A stretch of DNA of 29,360 nucleotides from Opitutales bacterium (GTDB lineage Bacteria > Verrucomicrobiota > Verrucomicrobiia > Opitutales > Coraliomargaritaceae), in the NCBI GenBank assembly GCA_049598495.1, contig JBMYNR010000019.1, positions 1 to 29,360 on the forward strand, written 5' to 3'. The notes beneath the pieces were generated by a model. That model made no database searches, was not told the origin of the DNA, and saw only the letters and a program-made list of their open reading frames with translations. Both the position numbers and the translations under genes were made by a program. Positions 1 through 8,844 of the stretch are shown in pieces (the first letter of the stretch is position 1; each line of letters opens with the position of its first letter).

Positions 1-154
1 GGCGCTTGTCCGTCGACCTTGCTGGCGCAAGTTCGCTACCTTGTGCCGTGTGTCGGAATTGAAAACTTTCTAGATATGGAATCAGACGGCCTGAAGGCCG
101 AACTCCAACAAAGCCCCACGCATCTTAAGGGTTGGAGGGACGCCCTACCTTCTA
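1..154 (+). repeat. Repeat family A copy 1 (REP-like mosaic), cut by the window start
   Basis: 1-137 matches the reverse complement of 2827-2963 with about 11 mismatches by manual count. It contains GTAG/GGAG-tagged short palindromes. CCCTACCTTCTA (143-154) matches the reverse complement of 2788-2799 and includes the ftsZ stop codon. Confidence 0.9.
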
Positions 155-1420
155 CTTTATTTTGATCTTGATCCCCCGACGCATGAAAGTGGGCACATCG
201 AGATCCTCATCATTGTATTCGTTGCGATCGGTTTTGTCGAAATAGCCGCGCTGTGCATCCAAATCGATGAAGGTAAACTCATCCTGACTCGCATCGACCT
301 TCTTCTTCTTTCGGAGCTTTGATTTATGCACCGGCTTGGGCACATTGGTATCCTGAGCAATCTCCGTCTCCAGGCCGAGACCTGTGGTGATGGTCGTCGT
401 CGGTGGTGTCTCCACCAATTCAGCCTCCACAGAGCGCGATGCACCCATCTCCGCCTTGCCAAGAATACAAAGTTCAATGCTCTGATGATAACTCTCGTCG
501 ATGACTGCGCCGAAGACAATGTCCTCTCGGGAACCAAAGCGTTTTGTCACCTGCGTCATGATCTCATTGACCTTGGCGATGCCGAGATCCACCCCGCCGA
601 TGACGTTCACGAGGATGCGGTCCAACTGGGCAGGCCGGTCCCCCAGGTGCAATAAGGGGCAGATATATAAATCCTCAAGCGCGTCATTGACGTAGTTCCC
701 GCCACGAGCAGAGCCTGTCCCGAAAATCGTCTTCCCACCGCGATCCTGAAAGACCGAGCGCAGCGAACTGAAATCCTGATTAATCAACCCCGTCTTGAGG
801 AGCATGGTACATAGGGAGTTAACACCTCGGCCGATCCATCGATCCGCCACAGCAAAGGCATTGAGCACACTGGTGTCTTCCTCTCCTTCCTGAAGCAGGA
901 CATCATTCGGCAAAGGAATCAAGCCGTGCACCAATTGCCGTAGCTCGCCGATACTATCCTCGGCAATTCGCTTGCGGCGGGGACCCTCGAAGCTGAAAGG
1001 CAGGGTCGCAAACGCAAGGACCAGTGCTTCTGTCTTCGCAGCAACTTCAGCAACCACACTGGCAGCCGCACTCCCTGTTCCGCCCCCAAGTCCCACAACG
1101 AGAATAATCAAATCCATATCCCCGATCAAACGGGCAATGGCATCACGATCCGACTCGGCTGCTTTCCTCCCGATATCAACCTCGCCACCGGCACCTAGCC
1201 CGCGTGTGATCGAACGCCCGATTACGAGCTTCTCAGCAATCGGTGAATTGTTCAACGCCTGGGCATCGGTGTTAATCGCAGCTAGACGAACATCCCCAAG
1301 ATCATCCAGCTTGAGGCCATCGACCGCATTCGTTCCTGCACCCCCGACCCCGATAACCTTGATCTTCGAGATGCCAGATGATGCCTCTTGGCTAAATAAT
1401 GAGTCGATTGAGCTGTTCAC
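152..1420 (-). CDS. ftsZ: Cell division GTPase FtsZ (divergent)
   Basis: [41 protein letters not shown] and C-terminal peptide [13 protein letters not shown] start 2 nt after the ftsA stop. Confidence 0.97.
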   Translation of the reverse strand: MNSSIDSLFSQEASSGISKIKVIGVGGAGTNAVDGLKLDDLGDVRLAAINTDAQALNNSPIAEKLVIGRSITRGLGAGGEVDIGRKAAESDRDAIARLIGDMDLIILVVGLGGGTGSAAASVVAEVAAKTEALVLAFATLPFSFEGPRRKRIAEDSIGELRQLVHGLIPLPNDVLLQEGEEDTSVLNAFAVADRWIGRGVNSLCTMLLKTGLINQDFSSLRSVFQDRGGKTIFGTGSARGGNYVNDALEDLYICPLLHLGDRPAQLDRILVNVIGGVDLGIAKVNEIMTQVTKRFGSREDIVFGAVIDESYHQSIELCILGKAEMGASRSVEAELVETPPTTTITTGLGLETEIAQDTNVPKPVHKSKLRKKKKVDASQDEFTFIDLDAQRGYFDKTDRNEYNDEDLDVPTFMRRGIKIKIK

Positions 1421-1422
1421 AA

Positions 1423-2637
1423 TTAATCGAGATTCAAAAGGTCGGCGAATATATGTATAAACCCTTTCGACTTGGTCTCTTCTTCATGATCCTCCTGCCC
1501 GGTTAGTGCAAAACGAAGGAGCCCCAGCACGGTACTGTATTCAGGCTGGCGAAGCTCCGGAGCAACATCCTGCGGCCCCTCAGAAACGCGGGCCTCTAAA
1601 CCAAACCGCTTGGCTGCCGCATCAGCCATCCCGTTGAGCTGAGCACTGCCGCCGGTCAGGACGACGCCCGAAGCAATATCACCGGGTTGAAAAAGCTCAT
1701 TGGATTCCAACTGCTCCTTGATGATATCGAATATCTCCGATACACGCGCTTCGATGATCTTCGTGATAGCTGCCAAGGGATATTCACGGTCGCCGATTGT
1801 GAAGTCACCAAAGAGCCAGACTTTTTCCTCACGGTCATCCGGACGGTAATAGGCCCGCCCATTCCGGAGCTTAAAATCCTCGGCACTCTTGCGCGCCACC
1901 CGCAAACCGATGCTGAGGTCATTGGTAATATGATCCCCTCCAACAGGCACGACGCCCGTCTTTACAATGTATCCCTTTCGATAGAGCACATAATCCGTCG
2001 TGCCGCCACCGATATCAATTACGAGTGCCCCATTCTCCTTTTCCGACTCCTCTAATAAAACCGCGCCGGAAGCGATGCTCGAGATGATCATATCACTCAC
2101 CTCAAGATCGAAACCCTGAATCACACGGAGGCTATCGCTCACGCTTCCGCTGTCACCATGAACTGACCAGTAGCCGACCTGAAGCTGACGGCCCTCTTTA
2201 GAGAGTGGATTCTCAACAGGACGACCATCCAGTAAAAAAGGATTTTGAATATGGTGAATAAAGGTGCGTTCGGGCGGAAGCGTGCGACGCTTGGCATCCT
2301 CCTTAGCCGCTTCGACATCGACTTGACTAACCACGCCATCGGCAGAACTCACGTTCGAACTGCCCACGTTAAAGCTGCCAATCAAATGACGACCCGTTTG
2401 TGCAAGGTAGACCTCATCCACCCTAACCTGGGCCTTTTCCTCAGCCTTCGAGATAGCCGCATGCACACAGTCACTGGCCTTGTTGAGGTCGGTGATCACG
2501 CCCTTTTTCACACCCTTCGACGAACACACGCTGTGACCGATGATGTTGAGTCCGGAATCTCCGATCATTTCGCCCAACAAGACAGCAATTTTGGACGTCC
2601 CGATTTCAACGGCGGCGATTACGCGATTATAACTCAT
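1423..2637 (-). CDS. ftsA: Cell division protein FtsA
   Basis: Actin-fold motifs [42 protein letters not shown]. Likely start MSYNRV at 2637; directly upstream of ftsZ. Confidence 0.97.
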   Translation of the reverse strand: MSYNRVIAAVEIGTSKIAVLLGEMIGDSGLNIIGHSVCSSKGVKKGVITDLNKASDCVHAAISKAEEKAQVRVDEVYLAQTGRHLIGSFNVGSSNVSSADGVVSQVDVEAAKEDAKRRTLPPERTFIHHIQNPFLLDGRPVENPLSKEGRQLQVGYWSVHGDSGSVSDSLRVIQGFDLEVSDMIISSIASGAVLLEESEKENGALVIDIGGGTTDYVLYRKGYIVKTGVVPVGGDHITNDLSIGLRVARKSAEDFKLRNGRAYYRPDDREEKVWLFGDFTIGDREYPLAAITKIIEARVSEIFDIIKEQLESNELFQPGDIASGVVLTGGSAQLNGMADAAAKRFGLEARVSEGPQDVAPELRQPEYSTVLGLLRFALTGQEDHEEETKSKGFIHIFADLLNLD

Positions 2638-2787
2638 ATTCGAAGCAATGCTTACATCTAGGGCACCCAGTAAACAGGAAGCCATACTCAAATCAATCCC
2701 CTAGTTCGGAGAATAAACGGAAGCCAACAAGATGCATTTTTAACCGCTAATGCGTGCACATCCACGAAGACGAAAACATAAGCGAGA

Positions 2788-2963
2788 TAGAAGGTAGGGT
2801 TCCTACCGGACGCCCTGAAGGGCGCACTCCAACCCTTAGGATACGTGGGGCTTTGTTGGAGTTCGGCCTTTAGGCCGTCTGATTCCATATTTAAAAAGCT
2901 ATCAATCGCGACACATGGCACAAGGTAGCGAACTTGCGCCAGCAAGGTCGACGGGCAAGCGCC
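2788..2963 (-). repeat. Repeat family A copy 2 (REP-like mosaic)
   Basis: Inverted homolog of 1-154. Modules: GGACGCCCTGAAGGGCGCACTCC, GGAGTTCGGCCTTTAGGCCG, GTAGCGAACTTGCGCCAGCAAGGTCG. Confidence 0.9.
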
Positions 2964-3042
2964 TCCGTCTGTTCGGAGCCCTTCATGCGTCAACGCGACT
3001 GGCGTCTCAGCGCGACACACGCCCGACGAACGCCCGAAAGAC

Positions 3043-3183
3043 TTGGCTTCTTTGGTACGAGCATTTTTCAACCGCTCAATCACGCTCAATCTTCGCTAAA
3101 AACTGAGGGAGCAGGACCCAGAACCTAGATTTTAGCGTTCCTTTAGCGTGTTTTAGTGGTCCAAAAAGCGTCCGAGTGGTTCT
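3043..3183 (+). repeat. Repeat family B copy 1 (hairpin with 10-11-nt periodic arms); empty allele of the MITE target
   Basis: Arms AACCGCTCAATCACGCTCAATCTTCGCTAAAAA (3070-3102) and TTTTAGCGTTCCTTTAGCGTGTTTTAGTGGT (3130-3160). Homologs at 20998-21383 (+) and 13657-13790 (-). Confidence 0.85.
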
Positions 3184-3188
3184 GCTTT

Positions 3189-3279
3189 AACCGCTCATCA
3201 TACGCTGATGTTCGGTTTTCGTTTTCAGTCTTCGTTGGATTGAATAAGCGGTTATTAGTGGTGATCAGCGGTATAAAAT
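3189..3279. repeat. Periodic-arm hairpin C1
   Basis: Starts AACCGCTCATC and ends ATAAGCGGTTATTAGTGGTGATCAGCGGTATAAAAT (9-nt period). Shares both ends with 3360-3522. Confidence 0.75.
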
Positions 3280-3359
3280 CGATTCCTCCCGACAACAAAT
3301 TGATCACAAAACTTCCAATAAATTCAGTATAACACAAAAATATAGCCGACTGCGGGGGG

Positions 3360-3522
3360 AACCGCTCATCACCGCTCATGAGAATCCTGATCCGAGCATA
3401 GCGACAAGACCGGATGCTCCGCAGACCGGACCATGGAGGACTCCATCCACATGAATCCCATCAGAATGATTTCCCATCAGAGTCAGATCAGAGGTCATTA
3501 GCGGTGATCAGCGGTATAAAAT
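3360..3522. repeat. Periodic-arm hairpin C2
   Basis: Starts AACCGCTCATCACCGCTCATG and ends ATCAGAGGTCATTAGCGGTGATCAGCGGTATAAAAT. The last 26 nt (3497-3522) match 3254-3279 at 25/26. Confidence 0.75.
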
Positions 3523-3536
3523 ACGGCCCCTAATGC

Positions 3537-3783
3537 TAACCCGAATATTGCACCAGTTTGTTGCTGTCGTTCTTTATCTTGTTATGGGATGGCTACTTGC
3601 GAGTTTTCTTCAAAAACTCGTCGTGTCATAAAAGTGACAGCAACAAACTTTGAGTCCAGAAGCGTCCCTGGCTGTGTTCCGAGCGCGTAACCCACTTAGT
3701 CACGCACTTCAGTGCGCTCCTGCGTGGAACACGGCTCGCGCCTTGCCAAAGCCAATTCTGGATCTCATGCAATAAGCGGGTTA
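3537..3783 (+). mobile_element. 247-bp MITE, copy 1
   Basis: Terminal inverted repeats TAACCCGAATATTGCA / TGCAATAAGCGGGTTA (14/16). Same-length inverted copy at 21099-21345 with 5 differences. No transposase-sized ORF; strong internal hairpins. Confidence 0.92.
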
Positions 3784-3845
3784 ATCAAAAAATTTCCGCA
3801 CGCTTTCAGTTGCAGCGCCGGTGTCGAAATCTAATATTGGTAATC

Positions 3846-4505
3846 ATGAAATCAAAGGTTGCTGTCATTCTATCCGGTTGCGGTGTCTACGATGGATCCG
3901 AGATCCACGAATCCGTGCTCACTCTACTGGCCCTGGACCAGGCCGGCGCAACAGTTCAGTGCGTCGCGCCCGACATCACGCAGAAGCAGGTAATCGATCA
4001 TACAAAGGGGCAGGAAATGTTTGATGAAGACCGTAATGTGATGATCGAGGCCGCCCGCATCTCACGTGGCGACATCCTGCCACTGGATTCGGCCCAAGCG
4101 GAAGCCTTCGACGCTTTCATCTTCGTCGGTGGTTTCGGAGTCGCTAAAAACCTTTCCAGTTACGCCTTCGATGGCCTCGACTACGATGCCGACCCGGGCG
4201 TGGTCGATCTGATCCAGGCGGCCCATGCAGCCGGCAAGCCACAGGGCTTCATGTGTATCGCGCCCATTCTCGCCGCCCGCGCGCTGGGTGCAAATGGCGT
4301 GCAACTCACGATCGGCAATGATCCGGACACCGCCTCCGCCCTCGAGGCCAAGGGTGCCACACATCTTGAGTGCGCGGTTGACAGCGTCGTCGTCGACGAG
4401 GTCAATCGAATCGTCAGTACCCCGGCTTACATGCTGGCGAAATCGATCAGCGAGGCCGAAGCGGGCATCAACAAACTGGTTGCCCGGGTCCTCAAAATGA
4501 CCTGA
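3846..4505 (+). CDS. elbB: ElbB / ES1-like glyoxalase (DJ-1/PfpI superfamily)
   Basis: VAVILSGCGVYDGSEIHESV, EAARISRG, GGFGVAKNL, MCIAP, STPAYM. Confidence 0.93.
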   Translation: MKSKVAVILSGCGVYDGSEIHESVLTLLALDQAGATVQCVAPDITQKQVIDHTKGQEMFDEDRNVMIEAARISRGDILPLDSAQAEAFDAFIFVGGFGVAKNLSSYAFDGLDYDADPGVVDLIQAAHAAGKPQGFMCIAPILAARALGANGVQLTIGNDPDTASALEAKGATHLECAVDSVVVDEVNRIVSTPAYMLAKSISEAEAGINKLVARVLKMT

Positions 4506-4534
4506 AGGGGCTGAATTTTAGCCCGATTGCGTAC

Positions 4535-4562
4535 TTGACGAGGCAAATTTGAGGCCTTTAAT
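4535..4562 (+). promoter_or_regulatory. Candidate sigma70 promoter of the rpmF-plsX-fabH operon
   Basis: TTGACG-N16-TTTAAT about 56 nt upstream of rpmF. Confidence 0.45.
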
Positions 4563-4618
4563 CCGCGCATTCCAATCGGGCCAATCACCGAACACTTTAC
4601 AACCAACCATCACTTCCC

Positions 4619-4798
4619 ATGGGACAGCCAAAACGCAAACAATCCAAGCAACGCAGCCGTAAGCGCCGCGGTGCGGTTCAATTTTCTCTTCCACAACTGG
4701 CAAAAGACGCTCAGGACGGCACACTCTACCGCCCACACCGCGTAAACCCTGCCAACGGGATGTATCGTGGCCGCCAGGTCTTGGACGTAGAAGTCTAA
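4619..4798 (+). CDS. rpmF: 50S ribosomal protein L32 (cysteine-free form); absent from the ORF track
   Basis: Manual translation MGQPKRKQSKQRSRKRRGAVQFSLPQLAKDAQDGTLYRPHRVNPANGMYRGRQVLDVEV (59 aa). Classical position upstream of plsX. Confidence 0.95.
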   Translation: MGQPKRKQSKQRSRKRRGAVQFSLPQLAKDAQDGTLYRPHRVNPANGMYRGRQVLDVEV

Positions 4799-4836
4799 TC
4801 ACGGTCGTCACGATCTCAATTTAACCGACTTCCTAA

Positions 4837-5880
4837 ATGGGCGAACCCAGCGGTACATGCACTATCGCGGTTGACACCATGGGGAGTGACCTCGGGCCCA
4901 CGGAGTTTATTCGTGGGCTTTCGTATGCAAGCGAGAAATTCGGGATCGACTGCGAGTTTATTCTCTGTGGTCCGGGACGACTTCTGGAGCGTCTTATAAA
5001 GGTCCGTAAACTTTCCATTGATCCGGCAAAGGTGCACATCCACTCGACCACTCAAGTGATCGGGATGGACGACAAGCCCATTCAGGCACTTAGGAAAAAG
5101 AAGGACTCATCCATGGCGCAGGCCATTGAACGACTTCGCGACGGCAAGGCCGATGCAGTCGTGAGCTGCGGCAACACCGGCGCCCTTATGGCCGGTGGCA
5201 CGCTGCGGATGCGCCCCCTGGACGGCGTCGACCGCCCCGCTCTCGGTATTATCATTCCGAGTAAGCGTAAACCCTTCGTCCTGATCGATGTGGGCGCCAA
5301 CCCCGAATCGACCGCGCTCAACCTTGTTCATAACTCTATCCTCGGAGCCAACTACGCAAAAGCCGCCCTGGGCTGTGAGAATCCCCGCGTCGCTCTTCTC
5401 ACCATCGGCACAGAAGAGGGAAAAGGAAACAGTCTGATTAACGCCACGCATACCGACCTGCAGAAACTCAACGGGAAGGTGATCAACTACGTCGGTCCGA
5501 TCGAAGGCTTTCAGCTCTTCGACGGCGACGTCGATGTCGTGGTTTGCGACGGCTTCGTCGGTAATATCGTCCTCAAATCAAGCGAGGCACTCTTTGGGTT
5601 TATCGGGAACACCATGAAAGAAGAGTTGGTGCGCAATCCAAAGCGTATGATTGGTGCCGCTCTTTCCAAATCGGCTTTCCGCGATATGAAAGTACGCCTC
5701 AGTCCCGACCAACACGCGGGAGCGCCCTTACTCGGGCTGAAGGGCAATATCCTGAAGTCACACGGATCCTCGAACTATGTAGCGATTGCCAACGCAATAC
5801 GTATTGCGCGCGAGGTGGTTCAGCATGATATGATTGACTCGATTAGTTCGGACATCAATCAAGCTAATGATCTCATCTAG
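4837..5880 (+). CDS. plsX: Phosphate acyltransferase PlsX
   Basis: [59 protein letters not shown]. Confidence 0.97.
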   Translation: MGEPSGTCTIAVDTMGSDLGPTEFIRGLSYASEKFGIDCEFILCGPGRLLERLIKVRKLSIDPAKVHIHSTTQVIGMDDKPIQALRKKKDSSMAQAIERLRDGKADAVVSCGNTGALMAGGTLRMRPLDGVDRPALGIIIPSKRKPFVLIDVGANPESTALNLVHNSILGANYAKAALGCENPRVALLTIGTEEGKGNSLINATHTDLQKLNGKVINYVGPIEGFQLFDGDVDVVVCDGFVGNIVLKSSEALFGFIGNTMKEELVRNPKRMIGAALSKSAFRDMKVRLSPDQHAGAPLLGLKGNILKSHGSSNYVAIANAIRIAREVVQHDMIDSISSDINQANDLI

Positions 5881-5939
5881 TTTGTCGAAACTGCCGGCCA
5901 TCCAGCTCGTTCGGCAGTCCTTATAGAATTCGTATTCGC

Positions 5940-6938
5940 ATGCCTCAGCCTACTCAATCCGTCATCATAACCGGCACAGGTGCCTACGCACCGGAGAACG
6001 TGGTGACCAATGATGATATGGCACGTATCGTCGACACCTCCGACGAGTGGATCCGCACCCGTTCGGGCATCTCTGAACGTCGCTTTGCTGCCGACAACGA
6101 AAGCACCAGCGATATGGCCGTGGCCGCAGCTGAAAAAGCGATCGAAGCCGCCGGCATCGATCGCTCGGAAATCGACCTGCTCGTTGTCGCCACAATGACC
6201 CCGGACATGCCCTTCCCTTCCACCGCATGTCTGGTCCAGAGCGCACTGGGCCTCGGCAACATCACCGCATTTGATCTTCAGGCCGCCTGTTCCGGCTATA
6301 TTTACGCCCTCAACGCAGCGAGTAATATGGTGCGCTCGGGCGCCTACAAGAAGGCACTCATTATCGGCTCTGAAAAGATGAGTTCGATTCTGGATTTTGA
6401 AGACCGCACCACCTGTGTGCTCTTTGGTGACGGTGCCAGTGCAGCCATCCTTGAACCCTCCGAAACCGTCGGCGTTGGTATCCTCGATAACATCACCGGA
6501 GCCGACGGCTCGAACCCCGACCTCCTCCACCAGCCTGCCGGTGGCTCCGCACTTCCCGCATCGAAAGACTCGGTCGAAAAGCGGCAGCATTTCATCAAGA
6601 TGAACGGCAAGGAGATCTTTAAACTTGCTGTCCGGGTCATGGGTCAGGTCAGTAACGATATTCTCGAGCGCCATGGCTACTCAACCGAACAGGTCAACCT
6701 CGTCATTCCCCATCAGGCTAACATGCGGATTATCGAGAGCCTAGCCAAGCGTATGGAGATCCCGATGGACAATTTCCACAATAACCTCGACCGCTACGGC
6801 AACACATCGGCCGCATCGGTCGGTCTCGCCCTCGACGAAGCGCTTCGAGCCGGTCGTATAGAATCCGGCGATCTGATTCTCCTAGTCGCCTTTGGGGCAG
6901 GCTTGACCTGGGGTTCCACACTGATCAAATGGCAATGA
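5940..6938 (+). CDS. fabH: Beta-ketoacyl-ACP synthase III
   Basis: [18 protein letters not shown] (catalytic Cys), [27 protein letters not shown]. Confidence 0.97.
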   Translation: MPQPTQSVIITGTGAYAPENVVTNDDMARIVDTSDEWIRTRSGISERRFAADNESTSDMAVAAAEKAIEAAGIDRSEIDLLVVATMTPDMPFPSTACLVQSALGLGNITAFDLQAACSGYIYALNAASNMVRSGAYKKALIIGSEKMSSILDFEDRTTCVLFGDGASAAILEPSETVGVGILDNITGADGSNPDLLHQPAGGSALPASKDSVEKRQHFIKMNGKEIFKLAVRVMGQVSNDILERHGYSTEQVNLVIPHQANMRIIESLAKRMEIPMDNFHNNLDRYGNTSAASVGLALDEALRAGRIESGDLILLVAFGAGLTWGSTLIKWQ

Positions 6939-7972
6939 ATTACATGCAACGCTCCACGCTCTCTATTCTCGCCCTGGTCCTAATCTTCGCAGGCCCGGTA
7001 AACGCATTCTCCCTCAACCCGCTCAACTGGTTCAACAGTGAAGCAGAGGAAGAGGAACTCGCCGCCCTGAATATCGCCAAAAGCGCGCAGGAGGCCGAGG
7101 CCAAGGCCATGCTTGAGGCTGGCAAGAATCAGCTCGCCGCCGGCAAGTCCGGTTCTGCCAACCGCAGCTTCAAAAAGATAATTAAGCGCTTCCCCAACGC
7201 CAACGCCACGGGTGAGGCACGCTACCTGCGCGGGCAAATCTTTATGTCCAAGGGGCGATGGTCCAAGGCCTTTGACAGCTACCAAGAACTCCTCATTCAC
7301 CACCCGGACTACGAGAACTTCAACCTGGTGATCGCAGCCCAATTTGAATGCGCCACCGCACTCATGGAAGGGGCTCGCGGGCGGATTTTCTGGGTCATCC
7401 CCGGCTTTCGCCAATATGATACTGCCATTCGTCAGTTTGAGCGAATCGTGCGCAACGCGCCCTACGGGGACTTCGCGCCCTTGTCATTGATGAATATCGC
7501 GCTCATCGCCGAACAAGAGGAAGATCCGGATATTGCGATCGATGCACTCGACCGCCTCATCAATTACTACCCGCAGAGTATGCTCGCGCCCGACGCTTAC
7601 TACAACATGGCGCAAACCTACGCCAGCCTGGTGAGTGGCGAGGATTACGACCAGGGTTCCACCCGCCAGGCCATCAGCTACTACGAGGACCTCTTAATCC
7701 TGTTCCCCAACAGCGAGCAACTCGGCGAAGTGGAAGCCGGCCTTGAAGCGATGGAAAACCTTCTCGCCAGCAGCCGCCTCAGCCTGGGTGACTTCTACTA
7801 TACATACCGCGCCAACAACACGGCAGCACTGGTCTTTTACAACGAAACCATCACCATCGCGCCCGATTCCGAAGCAGCCGCCGAAGCTCGCCAGCGCATC
7901 GCAGACATCGAAGCCGGCGTCCGCCCGGTGACCGGTGCCAATATCCTTCGTAAGCTCTTGCTCGCGGACTAA
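6935..7972 (+). CDS. bamD: BamD-like TPR outer-membrane assembly protein
   Basis: Signal peptide and TPR-like repeats, including [23 protein letters not shown] and [13 protein letters not shown] overlap with the fabH stop; adjacent to an lptE-like gene. Confidence 0.8.
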   Translation: MNYMQRSTLSILALVLIFAGPVNAFSLNPLNWFNSEAEEEELAALNIAKSAQEAEAKAMLEAGKNQLAAGKSGSANRSFKKIIKRFPNANATGEARYLRGQIFMSKGRWSKAFDSYQELLIHHPDYENFNLVIAAQFECATALMEGARGRIFWVIPGFRQYDTAIRQFERIVRNAPYGDFAPLSLMNIALIAEQEEDPDIAIDALDRLINYYPQSMLAPDAYYNMAQTYASLVSGEDYDQGSTRQAISYYEDLLILFPNSEQLGEVEAGLEAMENLLASSRLSLGDFYYTYRANNTAALVFYNETITIAPDSEAAAEARQRIADIEAGVRPVTGANILRKLLLAD

Positions 7973-7997
7973 ACCGTCATCGAAGATCGACCTGACC

Positions 7998-8561
7998 ATG
8001 CCCACGCACGCTTTACGACGCAGCAGCTGCCTGACCCTCGCGCTCGCCACTCTCTTCGCGCTCGGGTGCAAGTCCTATCAACTGGGTGGCCCCGAGCTAC
8101 CCTTTGAATCGATCTATGTTCAACCGGCCACCAACGACAGCTTTGCCCCACAGGCACAAGCCCTGCTCAGCGGACAGATCCGCGATGCCTTCATCCGCGA
8201 TGGCCGCCTCAAACTCACCACCAGCGAAGAGAGCGCCGATGCCTTGCTGCTGGTCAACGTGACCGAATATGATCGGCGCGCAGCCAGCCGTGCCCGCTCC
8301 GATACCGTGCGGGCGCGCGACTTCGATCTCTTTCTCAGCGCTCAGATCTCGCTCTACGATCAGAACCGGGGTGATTATATGTTTGCAGCACGGACGATCA
8401 GCGAGCGCTCCAACGCCTACGTTGACAATCCCTACCTCAACGAAAGCGACGAGGATCTCCAAACATTTCAACAGGCCGAGTATCAGGCAATGCCGCGTCT
8501 TACCCGTGATCTGGCACGCAAAATCGCTGACGAGGTGCTGAGCCCTTGGCCCGCGAAATAG
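7998..8561 (+). CDS. lptE: LPS assembly lipoprotein LptE family
   Basis: Lipobox ALGC followed by SYQLG; SIYVQP, ADALLLVNV, DLARKIADEV fit the LptE pattern. Likely start at ATG 7998. Confidence 0.8.
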   Translation: MPTHALRRSSCLTLALATLFALGCKSYQLGGPELPFESIYVQPATNDSFAPQAQALLSGQIRDAFIRDGRLKLTTSEESADALLLVNVTEYDRRAASRARSDTVRARDFDLFLSAQISLYDQNRGDYMFAARTISERSNAYVDNPYLNESDEDLQTFQQAEYQAMPRLTRDLARKIADEVLSPWPAK

Positions 8562-8600
8562 AGTACATTGCTCTAACCCAAAGCATTATTTCGAATCTAC

Positions 8601-8626
8601 AAAACCGGCGGCGAGCCGGTTTTTTT
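8601..8626 (+). terminator. Rho-independent terminator after lptE
   Basis: AAAACCGGC-GGCGA-GCCGG followed by a T run. Confidence 0.85.
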
Positions 8627-8779
8627 GTGCCCGATAACACTTTTAAGAAGGGCGCGCGCGGTGAGCACGCCCCCTCTCCCTATCAAGATAAACCTTCTTC
8701 GAGGTGCTATTGGTAGTGGCGTAACCTACAACCCGGTGTTCCTTCCGAACGCTCCTATTGGAAGGAAATTTCATGAAAA

Positions 8780-8840
8780 TGAGATTCAGTCTCTAAATTA
8801 CTTGACAGGGCCTATTTGCAGCTATTGAGACTCATTCTCT
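8780..8840 (+). promoter_or_regulatory. Two Fur-box-like palindromes flanking a TTGACA -35 element
   Basis: TGAGATTCAGTCTCT (8780-8794) and TGAGACTCATTCTCT (8826-8840) resemble the 7-1-7 Fur motif TGA(T/G)AATnATT(A/C)TCA. TTGACA at 8802-8807; directly upstream of a TonB-dependent receptor. Confidence 0.7.
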
Positions 8841-8844
8841 AATT

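Noticed and set aside
2688..3128. ORFs of 63-133 aa upstream of ftsA (possible ftsQ or small proteins)
   Set aside because: They run through repeat families A and B and have no FtsQ features. The similar peptide at 21192-21509 only reflects the shared repeat.
3189..3522. Possible CRISPR array
   Set aside because: Only two 26-nt repeats 243 nt apart, no regular spacers and no cas genes.
5877..6674. Long antisense ORFs (also 22731-23483, 25860-26681, 15508-16239 and others)
   Set aside because: They are shadows of well-supported genes, as expected from GC-rich codon usage.
8630..8844. Cobalamin or TPP riboswitch ahead of the TonB-dependent receptor
   Set aside because: I could not find the conserved riboswitch motifs; the predicted promoter and Fur-like boxes sit right at the start codon.
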